Shown here: positions 10,231-18,161 of the stretch, one piece after another
Numbering within the stretch: the first letter of the stretch is position 1
How the letters are laid out: every line of letters begins with the position of its first letter
Origin: a virus
Reading direction: 5' to 3' (one strand)
DNA: 44,466 nucleotides
Virus record (IMG/VR): IMGVR_UViG_3300045988_053012
Span: 1 to 44,466 of that record
Notes under the pieces: model-generated
Database searches by the model: none
Told to the model about the DNA's origin: nothing
The model's input: the letters and a program-made list of their open reading frames with translations, nothing else
Made by a program: the position numbers and the translations under genes

Positions 10231-10617
10231 ATGACCAAGTATGAAAAATTAGACTACCTCACAAGGTGGGTGGAAAGTCAAGGAACACAATCCGGATTAT
10301 CTATTGTTCCGTTGCTTCGTAATATGATTGAAGAAAATGAGGACATTTTCGATGTCGAGGTTGAAGATACCGAGGAAAACGGGCGTTTGGTAGTAAACGA
10401 ACAAGTTGCGATTGATGAGTTTATCGACGCGGTTAATGCAGACCCGATTCACAACGTTGCGCGAGTGCATATAAAAGGCGTTGTACTACACTTTGTACAA
10501 ATCGAGTACACCGAAAGTGAGGTACATTCGTTTGTGGAGATTATGGGCGGCAAATATACGCTTAAGTTGAGCCGCGAGGTGGGGCAATCTGAACTAACAT
10601 ACACGCCAAATGCGTAG
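10231..10617 (+). CDS. Hypothetical acidic protein in the lysis cassette
   Basis: 128 aa, D/E-rich (EENEDIFDVEVEDTEENG). Operon position only. Confidence 0.5.
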   Translation: MTKYEKLDYLTRWVESQGTQSGLSIVPLLRNMIEENEDIFDVEVEDTEENGRLVVNEQVAIDEFIDAVNADPIHNVARVHIKGVVLHFVQIEYTESEVHSFVEIMGGKYTLKLSREVGQSELTYTPNA

Positions 10618-11215
10618 GCGTTTGATTGTGGCGGCCGTTATGGCCGCCGTACTCGTTGTAATAGCATTGCAAGGTGTGTCAGTCAGTCGAATTAAGAGCG
10701 AGCGCAACAGGTATGAACGCAATACGGAATCCCTGTTGTTGAACGTCGAGCAATACAAAATCCGTGATTCCTTGAACGCCGCCCGGGTGCAATCGCTTGA
10801 ATTGACCGTAAAGGAATTTGAACGGTTCCGGGCCGACGATGCGGCATTGATTAAAGAGTTGAAACAACGCAACCGGGACTTGGCCGCCGTGAACAAAACG
10901 CAATCCCAAACCATCATTGATTTGCGGGCCATTCCACGCGATACCGTGGTTGTCCGGGATTCTGTACAGATTCCAGCCGTGGCGGTTCATTGCGGGGATG
11001 CGTGGTTTGATTTCGACGGCCTGTTGACCGAAAAGGAATTTACCGGAACATTGGCAAACCGGGATTCGTTGGTTATTGCCGAATCGGTCCAATACAAACG
11101 GTTTCTTGGTTTTTTGTGGCGGACCAACAAAGTAAAGAACCGGCAATTGGATGTTGTAAGCAAAAACCCGCATACGAAAATAATGGGAATTGAACACGTC
11201 ATAATCGAAAAATAA
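10610..11215 (+). CDS. Membrane-anchored coiled-coil protein (spanin-like / lysis accessory candidate)
   Basis: 201 aa. N-terminal signal-anchor RRRLIVAAVMAAVLVVIALQG followed by a heptad-rich region. Last gene before terminator 11274-11297. Role is positional inference. Confidence 0.35.
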   Translation: MRRRLIVAAVMAAVLVVIALQGVSVSRIKSERNRYERNTESLLLNVEQYKIRDSLNAARVQSLELTVKEFERFRADDAALIKELKQRNRDLAAVNKTQSQTIIDLRAIPRDTVVVRDSVQIPAVAVHCGDAWFDFDGLLTEKEFTGTLANRDSLVIAESVQYKRFLGFLWRTNKVKNRQLDVVSKNPHTKIMGIEHVIIEK

Positions 11216-11273
11216 CGATATTTGCACAAACCGACAGATTCTTATACGCAACAATAGGTTTTCGGCCTGTTAA

Positions 11274-11297
11274 CCGTCCCGATAGGGGCGGTTTTTT
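11274..11297 (+). terminator. Intrinsic terminator after the tail/lysis operon
   Basis: CCGTCCC / gata / GGGGCGG (one G-U pair), followed by T6. Confidence 0.75.
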
Positions 11298-11454
11298 CGT
11301 TTCATTCCGGATTTGGCCGTTTTTAGGCGATTTCCCGGGCTTGTGCGGAACGGGTGGCACAACTTATCATCCGCGCCGTAAAAGTGTCTTAAATCGAAGA
11401 AATGCAAAAAAATAACTTATTTTGGCTTAAACCTAAAAAAATATAAAAAAAACT

Positions 11455-11530
11455 TTTGGAAATTAAAAATAAATAACTACCTTTGTGCCGTGGTTGATAT
11501 GACAACCCGACGGACGCGGCCGGTTCCGCG
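11455..11530 (+). promoter_or_regulatory. Early promoter A plus structured leader
   Basis: TTTG 11455-11458, then 19 nt, then TAccTTTG 11478-11485. Leader hairpin 1 is GGTTG 11492-96 / CAACC 11503-07. Leader hairpin 2 is CGCGG-CCGGTT-CCGCG 11515-11530. ATG at 11549. Confidence 0.65.
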
Positions 11531-11548
11531 ATTGAAACAACAACAGTT

Positions 11549-11782
11549 ATGGCAATGTTGAAATACACAACCCGTCAAATCAACGGCAATTACAAAATCA
11601 AGGTTTCCGGCCTGTACGATGGCAAGAAAATAAACACGTTGGTTGGAGTTTCGGGTCTTATTAAAATAGTTGACGACATCGAATTAACCAACCGTCTTTT
11701 GGACCGGGCCTTTGCCTGTATGGATGGCAAATGCGTTTGCAAATTGCGCCGTGGAATACGTGTCAGTTTTTACGTTCATTGA
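11549..11782 (+). CDS. Hypothetical protein
   Basis: 77 aa; first cistron after promoter A. Confidence 0.55.
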   Translation: MAMLKYTTRQINGNYKIKVSGLYDGKKINTLVGVSGLIKIVDDIELTNRLLDRAFACMDGKCVCKLRRGIRVSFYVH

Positions 11783-11900
11783 AAAATTACTATCGTTTGC
11801 AACGAACGGTTGTTTGCCCCAACCGATACGAAATTTAATACCCTGTAAAGTAAATCCACGGGGGCAAAACGTGGGTTGAAATACGGGGCGTTTTTGTATT

Positions 11901-12158
11901 ATGAAAATATGCGTTATGAATAAGGCACGATTTCAATTATTGGCGGACGCAACAATGATGATGGCCGCCGCGATGGACAACCAGTTGTTCGACACGGGGC
12001 CGTCCAAAGTTTACGTCAAGCCCATATCCAAAACGGATTTGCCAAGTTGGGACATAAACGGGGCGGTCATTTACGCAAAGGATGAAAAGACGGCCACGAA
12101 ATACGCCAAGAAACGCGGTTTGTGGCGTCCGGGAACGATTGTTAAACCCATCAAATAA
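11901..12158 (+). CDS. Hypothetical protein
   Basis: 85 aa; + strand operon position. Confidence 0.5.
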   Translation: MKICVMNKARFQLLADATMMMAAAMDNQLFDTGPSKVYVKPISKTDLPSWDINGAVIYAKDEKTATKYAKKRGLWRPGTIVKPIK

Positions 12159-12270
12159 ACTGATATGCAAAAATTCAAATTCGGGAATCCCTTAACGTTT
12201 GTTGATGTTTCCAAAAACCCGTTGGACCGTCCGGAACCGGGCAACCGGTACACAAAAAAAAGAAAGCAAG

Positions 12271-12543
12271 ATGGCAAAGATTATTGAAAATGAAAAAGGA
12301 TTTAAGGTTATCGAAATTGATTCCCTTGAAATGCAGAAAATAGGTTGCGGCAATATATGCGACCATTGCGGCAAACCACATTGGGGAAAAGGTTATTATG
12401 TTGCCGTTCTCAACCGTTGGTTTTGCCCGCCCTGTTACGAAGATTGGTACAAATTTGCCACCAATTACGCAAACAAACACAACGCCGACGGGCGGGTTGA
12501 AACAAAGAATTTCGAATTTTATAAAAAATTGTTGGGGCTATGA
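12271..12543 (+). CDS. Hypothetical zinc-ribbon protein
   Basis: CGNICDHCG ... FCPPCYEDW motifs. ATG 12271, preceded by an A-rich leader, preferred over the TTG 12199 used by the track. Confidence 0.55.
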   Translation: MAKIIENEKGFKVIEIDSLEMQKIGCGNICDHCGKPHWGKGYYVAVLNRWFCPPCYEDWYKFATNYANKHNADGRVETKNFEFYKKLLGL

Positions 12544-12782
12544 TGGCGCAAATTGAGAACATCCCGGATGGGTACATTGTCGGGGTGTTTTTAAGGGATG
12601 GTAACGGATATGGACAATGGCACAGGTTGCGCAATTTCGGCGACCGCCAAGGCGACGCAATCGAATTTCGGGAATGGGATTTACCCACGTTCACGGATGA
12701 GCAAATACGATTGTTCATTAAGACATTCAAGATTGAAAATAAGTATAAACGTTTAGGCAAAAACAAGTATGCAAAAGTATAG
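12540..12782 (+). CDS. Hypothetical protein
   Basis: 80 aa; ATGA start/stop overlap with the upstream gene. Confidence 0.55.
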   Translation: MMAQIENIPDGYIVGVFLRDGNGYGQWHRLRNFGDRQGDAIEFREWDLPTFTDEQIRLFIKTFKIENKYKRLGKNKYAKV

Positions 12783-12838
12783 ATTTTCCAACCCGGCGGC
12801 GGCCGCCCGGATGGCGATTGAAAATTACCGAAAGGATT

Positions 12839-13135
12839 ATGGCCAAGAAATCAAGTAAAGCGACCCGGAAACAAATGTACCGGGAAATCATCAAAAAAGA
12901 GGGCCGGAAATGGGACGATTGCAAGGTATTGGCGTTCGCGTTCAAACAAGAACGGCGGCCCGAACTATTCCATTTCGGGTTGATGTTGCACGAACCGCGC
13001 CCGGTTTATTACCTATTCGATTGCTGGGACAAATACGCCAACGTCATTGTACCGAAAGATGAAAAGAACGCGGCTATTATCGTTGCCATTGCGGAAAAGG
13101 ACGGCGGCGAAAAGACAATCCCGAATTTGCGATAA
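12839..13135 (+). CDS. Hypothetical protein
   Basis: 98 aa from ATG 12839 (the track opens at TTG 12818). Basic N-terminus. Confidence 0.5.
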   Translation: MAKKSSKATRKQMYREIIKKEGRKWDDCKVLAFAFKQERRPELFHFGLMLHEPRPVYYLFDCWDKYANVIVPKDEKNAAIIVAIAEKDGGEKTIPNLR

Positions 13136-13136
13136 G

Positions 13137-13307
13137 ATGGAAAAAATTGAACCATATACGGATGTTGAACGCAAATGTATTGCGCATAAATGTAAACATT
13201 TTATTTGTTGGCAATATTGGGGTCGGGAATTGCATTCGTGCGAACTTGCGGGCGAAAGCAATACAATTGAAGAACCGGCGAAAAATCCCAATTGTTATAT
13301 AAAATAA
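13137..13307 (+). CDS. Hypothetical Cys-rich small protein
   Basis: 56 aa from ATG 13137 (MEKIEPYTDVERKCIAHKCKHFICW...). The upstream part of track ORF 13047.. overlaps the previous gene. Confidence 0.45.
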   Translation: MEKIEPYTDVERKCIAHKCKHFICWQYWGRELHSCELAGESNTIEEPAKNPNCYIK

Positions 13308-13432
13308 ACTTTATGGAAACAAATATAATCATCCAAGAGTTACGCGCCCGGGCTTCACTGGGTTGGAACCCGGAATAACAAGCGTGGTTCGACCAACAGG
13401 CCAACGACGCGCGGCCGGTCCAATGTGTCCGG

Positions 13433-13855
13433 ATGCGGGATGCGTTTACGCCGGAACAATTGCAATTCCTGTTCAAAAAACTTGGTTACAAGACACAACA
13501 AAAACAGTGTTACAGGAACGCGGCCGAATTGGTGCGATTGATTGGTGCGTTTACTTTGACGACGGCCCCAGTTCGATATGTTGAGGGTTTCGCGTATTGT
13601 GATGGCCTGTTATCTATCGAACACGCCTTTGTTAAGGTTGGCGACCTGTACATTGACCCAACATTTGAACGGGCCTTGCATTTGGACGTCCGTAAAGAAA
13701 TTTACGCATCTTGCATCGAATTGAACCCGGAAACGATGGACCGTTACCAATTGGAAACCGGCTTTTACGGGGAATTGTACCAATACGATTATTTATGCAA
13801 GAATCGGCCGGAATTGGCGGCCAAGATGCGGGTGCGGAATCCGCACAACCGTTGA
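13433..13855 (+). CDS. Transglutaminase-like / papain-like cysteine peptidase fold protein (putative)
   Basis: Cys-His-Asp layout: QCYRNAAELVRL ... VRYVEGFAY ... IEHAFVKVGDLYIDPT. The frame stays open upstream to an in-frame TAA at 13376 (see findings). Confidence 0.45.
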   Translation: MRDAFTPEQLQFLFKKLGYKTQQKQCYRNAAELVRLIGAFTLTTAPVRYVEGFAYCDGLLSIEHAFVKVGDLYIDPTFERALHLDVRKEIYASCIELNPETMDRYQLETGFYGELYQYDYLCKNRPELAAKMRVRNPHNR

Positions 13856-14085
13856 TGGATGCAAAAACCCCGCCCGGACGAATCCCGGCGGGGCGGTCAA
13901 AATACCGATGTGGGCGATACGATGAGGTAAAAAGACGCAACAAAGATAGGGAAAATTCGGCGATTGGCGAAATTCCCTATTTCTTTTTGTTTTGCGTTGG
14001 CTTTTCACGATACCCGGTTTGGGCCGAAATCTTGCACTCGGATTCAAGAAAAATGCACTTTTTTTCGTAAAAATTAAAAAAATTT

Positions 14086-14160
14086 TTTGGTTTTAAGAGG
14101 AAAGCACTATATTTGTACCCGGGTTCGATAATGAAACCCACGGCCCGGGCCGGTTCCCGG
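14086..14160 (+). promoter_or_regulatory. Early promoter B plus structured leader
   Basis: TTTG 14086-89 and TAtaTTTG 14108-15. Hairpin 1 is GGGTT 14121-25 / AACCC 14135-39. Hairpin 2 is CCGGG-CCGGTT-CCCGG 14145-14160. ATG at 14176. Confidence 0.65.
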
Positions 14161-14175
14161 TAAAGAACAAAAGTT

Positions 14176-14442
14176 ATGGAATACACAACGAATTTGGTTT
14201 ATTCAGTTAAGAAAACAAACGGTACAAACCGTTACGCCCTTTCCATCAGTCACACAATTTACGACAACCCGGTTAATTTCGGAACATTGGGTTTGGTTAG
14301 TGAAATCTTTACGGTCCACTATACTTGGAAAAACGCCAAGCGTTCAATGAATAATTTAACGTTATATCCAACCAAAACGCTTGCCGAATCAATGAAATTG
14401 GCCGAAAAGAAAATTAAACAAATGGAAGAAAAAATAAAGTAA
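14176..14442 (+). CDS. Hypothetical protein
   Basis: 88 aa; first cistron after promoter B. Confidence 0.55.
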   Translation: MEYTTNLVYSVKKTNGTNRYALSISHTIYDNPVNFGTLGLVSEIFTVHYTWKNAKRSMNNLTLYPTKTLAESMKLAEKKIKQMEEKIK

Positions 14443-14450
14443 GTAACCCC

Positions 14451-14470
14451 GGCCCGGGGAAACCCGGGCC
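14451..14470 (+). promoter_or_regulatory. Intercistronic GNRA-tetraloop hairpin (family copy 1)
   Basis: GGCCCGGG / GAAA / CCCGGGCC, followed by ACAAA. No U tract. 18 nt to ATG 14489. Confidence 0.6.
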
Positions 14471-14488
14471 ACAAATTCCAAATACGAA

Positions 14489-14728
14489 ATGAAAGCAAAG
14501 GTACAAACCATTATCGGGGGAAAGGTTCGCAACCATCGCGGATTCGTGGACGCGGCAAAATGGATTGACGAACGCATTAACTTTTTGTTAAACATCTATA
14601 AATTCGATGATTACAAAGTAACCTTAACCGGCAACGTATATCGCTTGGTTGCTTGGCGCAAGGCCGGAAAGCCCGGAACAAACGGAAAGGCGATGGACGT
14701 AACCCACGTTGTTACCGTTGTTGAATAG
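14489..14728 (+). CDS. Hypothetical protein
   Basis: 79 aa; operon position. Confidence 0.55.
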   Translation: MKAKVQTIIGGKVRNHRGFVDAAKWIDERINFLLNIYKFDDYKVTLTGNVYRLVAWRKAGKPGTNGKAMDVTHVVTVVE

Positions 14729-14736
14729 TTGAACCC

Positions 14737-14756
14737 GGGGCCGGGCAACCGGCCCC
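14737..14756 (+). promoter_or_regulatory. Intercistronic GNRA-tetraloop hairpin (family copy 2)
   Basis: GGGGCCGG / GCAA / CCGGCCCC, followed by ACAA. 16 nt to ATG 14773. Confidence 0.6.
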
Positions 14757-14772
14757 ACAATCCCAATCGAAT

Positions 14773-15141
14773 ATGTCCATAAATTATTACAACGAACAGA
14801 CGCGCCGCAATGGTCGCATAAATGAAATTAGGTTGAACGGCCGCACGGCATACATTGCTAATTACCAAGATGAACACGGCGTATGTTGTTCCAAAATTCG
14901 GGAAACGATGGAAGCAGCCAACCGGGATATGGAAGAACACGGATACCACAAAAAAGGAATCATTGATGAATCCGGTTGCGCACGATACACAATGACCGGA
15001 CAACAGTTGCAAAACCTGTATAAGACGTTCGAAAACTTTGTGGCAGATTGCACCCAACAGGAATACAACGAAAACAAACAGGCTATAACGGCGGTTAACA
15101 CCCTAATTCATAAACATATCAACGCCGAAATATACAAGTAA
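14773..15141 (+). CDS. Hypothetical protein
   Basis: 122 aa; last gene before terminator 15149-15171. Confidence 0.55.
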   Translation: MSINYYNEQTRRNGRINEIRLNGRTAYIANYQDEHGVCCSKIRETMEAANRDMEEHGYHKKGIIDESGCARYTMTGQQLQNLYKTFENFVADCTQQEYNENKQAITAVNTLIHKHINAEIYK

Positions 15142-15148
15142 CGATTGG

Positions 15149-15171
15149 CCCGGGAATTATCCCGGGTTTTT
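15149..15171 (+). terminator. Intrinsic terminator
   Basis: CCCGGG / aattat / CCCGGG, followed by T5. Confidence 0.7.
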
Positions 15172-15466
15172 CGTATCTTTGTCACGTTTAGTTTTTCAGT
15201 TTAACATGGTAACAGGAACGGCCAACGTTGCGAAACGTCGGCCGTTTGTGCTTTCGGCCCGTATAGGCCAATATCGGGCGATTTGGCGGCCTTTCTCGTG
15301 AAATTGGACCAACGCACCATCTTTGCGCAAAACGTGCCTTAAATCGAAAATTCGGAAAAATTAAGGTTTTGTCGGTGGCGCCTGTTTTCTTTGGTAGCCC
15401 GATTCGGACTTTTGGTTTTCGTTTTTCGGGTTCCTGGTCAAAAACTTAAAAAATTATGAAAATATT

Positions 15467-15542
15467 TTTGGTAATTAGAAAATAATACTTATCTTTGTAT
15501 CCGGGTTAAGGAAATAACCCAACGGATGAGGCCGGTTCCTCA
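15467..15542 (+). promoter_or_regulatory. Early promoter C plus structured leader
   Basis: TTTG 15467-70, then 19 nt, then TAtcTTTG 15490-97. Hairpin 1 is GGGTT 15503-07 / AACCC 15516-20. Hairpin 2 is TGAGG-CCGGTT-CCTCA 15527-15542. ATG at 15564. Confidence 0.65.
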
Positions 15543-15563
15543 AACAAAATAAACGCAATAGAA

Positions 15564-15743
15564 ATGAAAATTAACATTGTTAAAAAAGGCTTGGATTCTA
15601 ATCTTAATGAAATAAAAGTTGTCGTAAAATATGATTCTATGGGTATCAATCGGGGAACATTTTATGTTGATGCAGACGGGGAGTTTGAAATGTCCGAATA
15701 TCTGGCAAATACCCTTTTCGAAGAAAATGTATGTATTTGCTAA
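15564..15743 (+). CDS. Hypothetical small protein (59 aa, below the track cutoff)
   Basis: MKINIVKKGLDSNLNEIKVVVKYDSMGINRGTFYVDADGEFEMSEYLANTLFEENVCIC. First ATG after the promoter C leader. The minus ORF 15540..15776 is its antisense shadow. Confidence 0.55.
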   Translation: MKINIVKKGLDSNLNEIKVVVKYDSMGINRGTFYVDADGEFEMSEYLANTLFEENVCIC

Positions 15744-15753
15744 AAAATAAACC

Positions 15754-15771
15754 GGGGCGGGCAACCGCCCC
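15754..15771 (+). promoter_or_regulatory. Intercistronic GNRA-tetraloop hairpin (family copy 3)
   Basis: GGGGCGG / GCAA / CCGCCCC, followed by ACCAAA. 17 nt to ATG 15789. Confidence 0.6.
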
Positions 15772-15788
15772 ACCAAACCGAAAGCGAT

Positions 15789-15983
15789 ATGAAAACAAAA
15801 TTGAATAAGAAAGAATTGGCAACCCTTATTTCGTTATCCGAAAAGTTATGGGCGATGCGTAAGAAATTCGACCAAGAAAACGGAACCGACATTGAATTAC
15901 AGGTTAAGGAAAATGGCACCGTTGGTTCAAATTTGGATTGCGCCGTTGCCGCAATAGATACAATTTTACAGGAATATATTTAA
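15789..15983 (+). CDS. Hypothetical protein
   Basis: 64 aa; operon position. Confidence 0.5.
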   Translation: MKTKLNKKELATLISLSEKLWAMRKKFDQENGTDIELQVKENGTVGSNLDCAVAAIDTILQEYI

Positions 15984-15991
15984 GACCCCGA

Positions 15992-16007
15992 CCGGGCGGA
16001 TTCCCGG
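15992..16007 (+). promoter_or_regulatory. Leader-type hairpin (CCGGTT-loop family, internal copy)
   Basis: CCGGG / CGGATT / CCCGG. 7 nt before ATG 16015. Confidence 0.5.
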
Positions 16008-16014
16008 AACTGTT

Positions 16015-16458
16015 ATGCGATTCAAGATTGACAAAAATTTGAATGTGGTTGCGGCCGGAATGGCCGCACCCGTTGAACCCGAAACCGTGGCGGTAGAACT
16101 TTGCGCCCGTTTCGTTGATGCCGGAATGATTGACGACACGCCCGACAATTGGGGCGAATCAGTATTGGCGGCAACCGGCCCGCAATACGTTTCCAATGTG
16201 TGCGCCGTCTTGGCTGAATACCTGTATGGCGACGAATCCCATTCCATCCCGTCGGACGTGTTCGATGCTTTTTGCGCCCTTACTATTATGGGCGACGGGG
16301 ATTGCCCGCATTGTGGCGGCGAATTAAAGTTTATCGAAACAGAGGGCCACGAACTGAAAGATGGCGATTATTACACGCCCAATTCTTACGTCATTGATAA
16401 TTACGTTTATCGTTGCGTTGAATGTGGCGAAACAATTAAAACACCAAATGAATTATGA
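16015..16458 (+). CDS. Hypothetical protein with C-terminal zinc ribbon
   Basis: 147 aa; CPHCGG ... YRCVECGE. Confidence 0.55.
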   Translation: MRFKIDKNLNVVAAGMAAPVEPETVAVELCARFVDAGMIDDTPDNWGESVLAATGPQYVSNVCAVLAEYLYGDESHSIPSDVFDAFCALTIMGDGDCPHCGGELKFIETEGHELKDGDYYTPNSYVIDNYVYRCVECGETIKTPNEL

Positions 16459-16685
16459 TGCGAATTGAAGAAGCGATTGCCCGCGCAAAGCAACAGGGCA
16501 ACAAAGTATTGAAAAAGAACATTGCCGCGCGTTTGTGGCCCGATTCCACGCCGGTTGCGCAACAAGTAAACATTACGCGTTTATGCGCCGGGAAAACCCA
16601 GCGAATCAACGTTGAATGGGTTAACGTCATTTGCGAAATGACCGGATGCACGGCGGATTTCCTTTTTGGACTTTCAAACGAATAA
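16455..16685 (+). CDS. XRE-type helix-turn-helix DNA-binding protein
   Basis: 76 aa; HTH segment NIAARLWPDSTPVAQQVNITRLCAGKTQRINVEWVNVICEMTGCTADFLFG. ATGA overlap with the upstream gene. Confidence 0.6.
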   Translation: MMRIEEAIARAKQQGNKVLKKNIAARLWPDSTPVAQQVNITRLCAGKTQRINVEWVNVICEMTGCTADFLFGLSNE

Positions 16686-16689
16686 CGAT

Positions 16690-16851
16690 ATGAAAAAGGT
16701 AAATTTGTTTTGGGCCGTAATTTGGTCCGTTATGGCGGTTTTATCCGTCTTTGCAATCTTTTGGAAGCCGGCGCATTTCTTTGCGCTTGCCATTTCCGTT
16801 GTCTTTGCGGCGATGTTTTGGCACGATTACAAGAAAATGAAAGGTATGTAA
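16690..16851 (+). CDS. Small membrane protein (two TM helices)
   Basis: MKKVNLFWAVIWSVMAVLSVFAIFWKPAHFFALAISVVFAAMFW. ATG 16690 is in the frame of track ORF 16666. Confidence 0.5.
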   Translation: MKKVNLFWAVIWSVMAVLSVFAIFWKPAHFFALAISVVFAAMFWHDYKKMKGM

Positions 16852-16869
16852 TATTTAACAGGCGATACA

Positions 16870-18159
16870 ATGAAAGAAGAAAAGACAATTGACCCGGCGT
16901 TGGCCGCATTGGCTGAACCGGAACAGGAACAGGCAAAGGAAATCGCGCCCGGAATGACTGTTGAAGAAATCCGCGCCGTTTATTTCAATGCTGATGCGTT
17001 GAAAGAACCCGCGTACCGGTTGTTCCAACTCAATTCCGACGGACACCGGTATTATTACCGCTTCAACGATGCCGGGGAACCGGAATTTTACCCGTCCGTC
17101 ACGACGTTGTTAAAACAGGTTATGCCGACCGCGCCCGCCCTGTTGGATTGGATGATTGCCAACGGCAAGGATGGTTCCACGGAAAAGCGGGATTTGGCCG
17201 CCGCGTATGGAACGTTTATGCACGGCGAATTTGAAAAACTGATTATCAACCGCCGTTACGACTTTGATTCCGTCCCGGCCGCCCTGTTGGCGTATATGGA
17301 ACGGGAAAACTTGCCCGAGAAGATGTTTGCCGAATGGTTGCCGAAAGTACGAAAGGACGTGTTAGCGTTCGCCCAATTCCTCAAGGATTGGAACGTAAAG
17401 CCGTTGGCCGTGGAAATCGGTTTGTATCATCCGAAATTCCATTATGCCGGTTGCCTTGACTTGCCGTGCATTATGACCGACCCGAAAACCGGAAAATCGT
17501 TCGTGGCAATCGTGGATTTCAAAAGCGGCCGGAAAGGGTTTTACGAAGAACACGAATTGCAATTGCATTTGTACCGTGAAATGTGGAATGTCCATTATCC
17601 GGAAATGCCGGTTGCTCGTGTGTTTAACTTTTCGCCGAAAGATTGGCGCAAGGCCCCGACATACAATTTGAAAGACCAAACGGATTCCGTGAATGCCAAG
17701 AAATTGCCGTACCTGTTGGCGTTGGCAACGATTGAGGATGAAAAGCGGGATAACACGTTGACGATTGTACGCGGCGTTTTGGACCTTGACAACGGCAAGA
17801 TTGCCGACAACATCTTGACGTTATCGTTGGCCGACCTTATCAAGACGAAAGCGGCCGAAAAGGACGCACCCGAACAGGCGGCGAAAGCCCCGGAAAAGAC
17901 GGATTCGCCGGAACCCGCCCAAAAAGGCCGTAAACGAGCCGTAAAAGCAACGAAAGAACCCGAACCGGTAAATACCCCGTCCGAACCGGAAAAACCCGTT
18001 AAAACGAAGATTCCGAAAAAATTACCGGATGATGGCGCAACGGACAAATTGCCGTGGGAAAACGAACCGGAACCGGCCAAGTCCACCGGACCCACGCCGG
18101 AACAGATAACGGAACAGGCGGCAAAGGATAATTTGTTAAACGATGAAATCGAATTGTAA
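16870..18159 (+). CDS. PD-(D/E)XK family nuclease (RecB/Cas4/lambda-Exo-like) with a disordered C-terminal tail
   Basis: 429 aa. Core motifs GCLDLPC ... AIVDFKSGRKG ... ELQLHLY. The last ~100 aa are P/E/K-rich. Confidence 0.65.
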   Translation: MKEEKTIDPALAALAEPEQEQAKEIAPGMTVEEIRAVYFNADALKEPAYRLFQLNSDGHRYYYRFNDAGEPEFYPSVTTLLKQVMPTAPALLDWMIANGKDGSTEKRDLAAAYGTFMHGEFEKLIINRRYDFDSVPAALLAYMERENLPEKMFAEWLPKVRKDVLAFAQFLKDWNVKPLAVEIGLYHPKFHYAGCLDLPCIMTDPKTGKSFVAIVDFKSGRKGFYEEHELQLHLYREMWNVHYPEMPVARVFNFSPKDWRKAPTYNLKDQTDSVNAKKLPYLLALATIEDEKRDNTLTIVRGVLDLDNGKIADNILTLSLADLIKTKAAEKDAPEQAAKAPEKTDSPEPAQKGRKRAVKATKEPEPVNTPSEPEKPVKTKIPKKLPDDGATDKLPWENEPEPAKSTGPTPEQITEQAAKDNLLNDEIEL

Positions 18160-18161
18160 CT

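Noticed and set aside
15174-15245. The TAtcTTTG box right after terminator 15149-71 plus the GCGA-loop hairpin 15218-45, considered as a small-RNA gene.
   Set aside because: There is no TTTG at the -33 position (that region is the terminator stem), and the hairpin is followed by TTTGTGCTTT rather than a clean U tract. The evidence is too thin.
14451-15771. The recurrent GC-rich palindromic elements, considered as a CRISPR-like array.
   Set aside because: The repeats are hairpins with differing sequences, separated by whole genes (240-1000 bp) rather than by 25-40 bp spacers. No cas genes are present.
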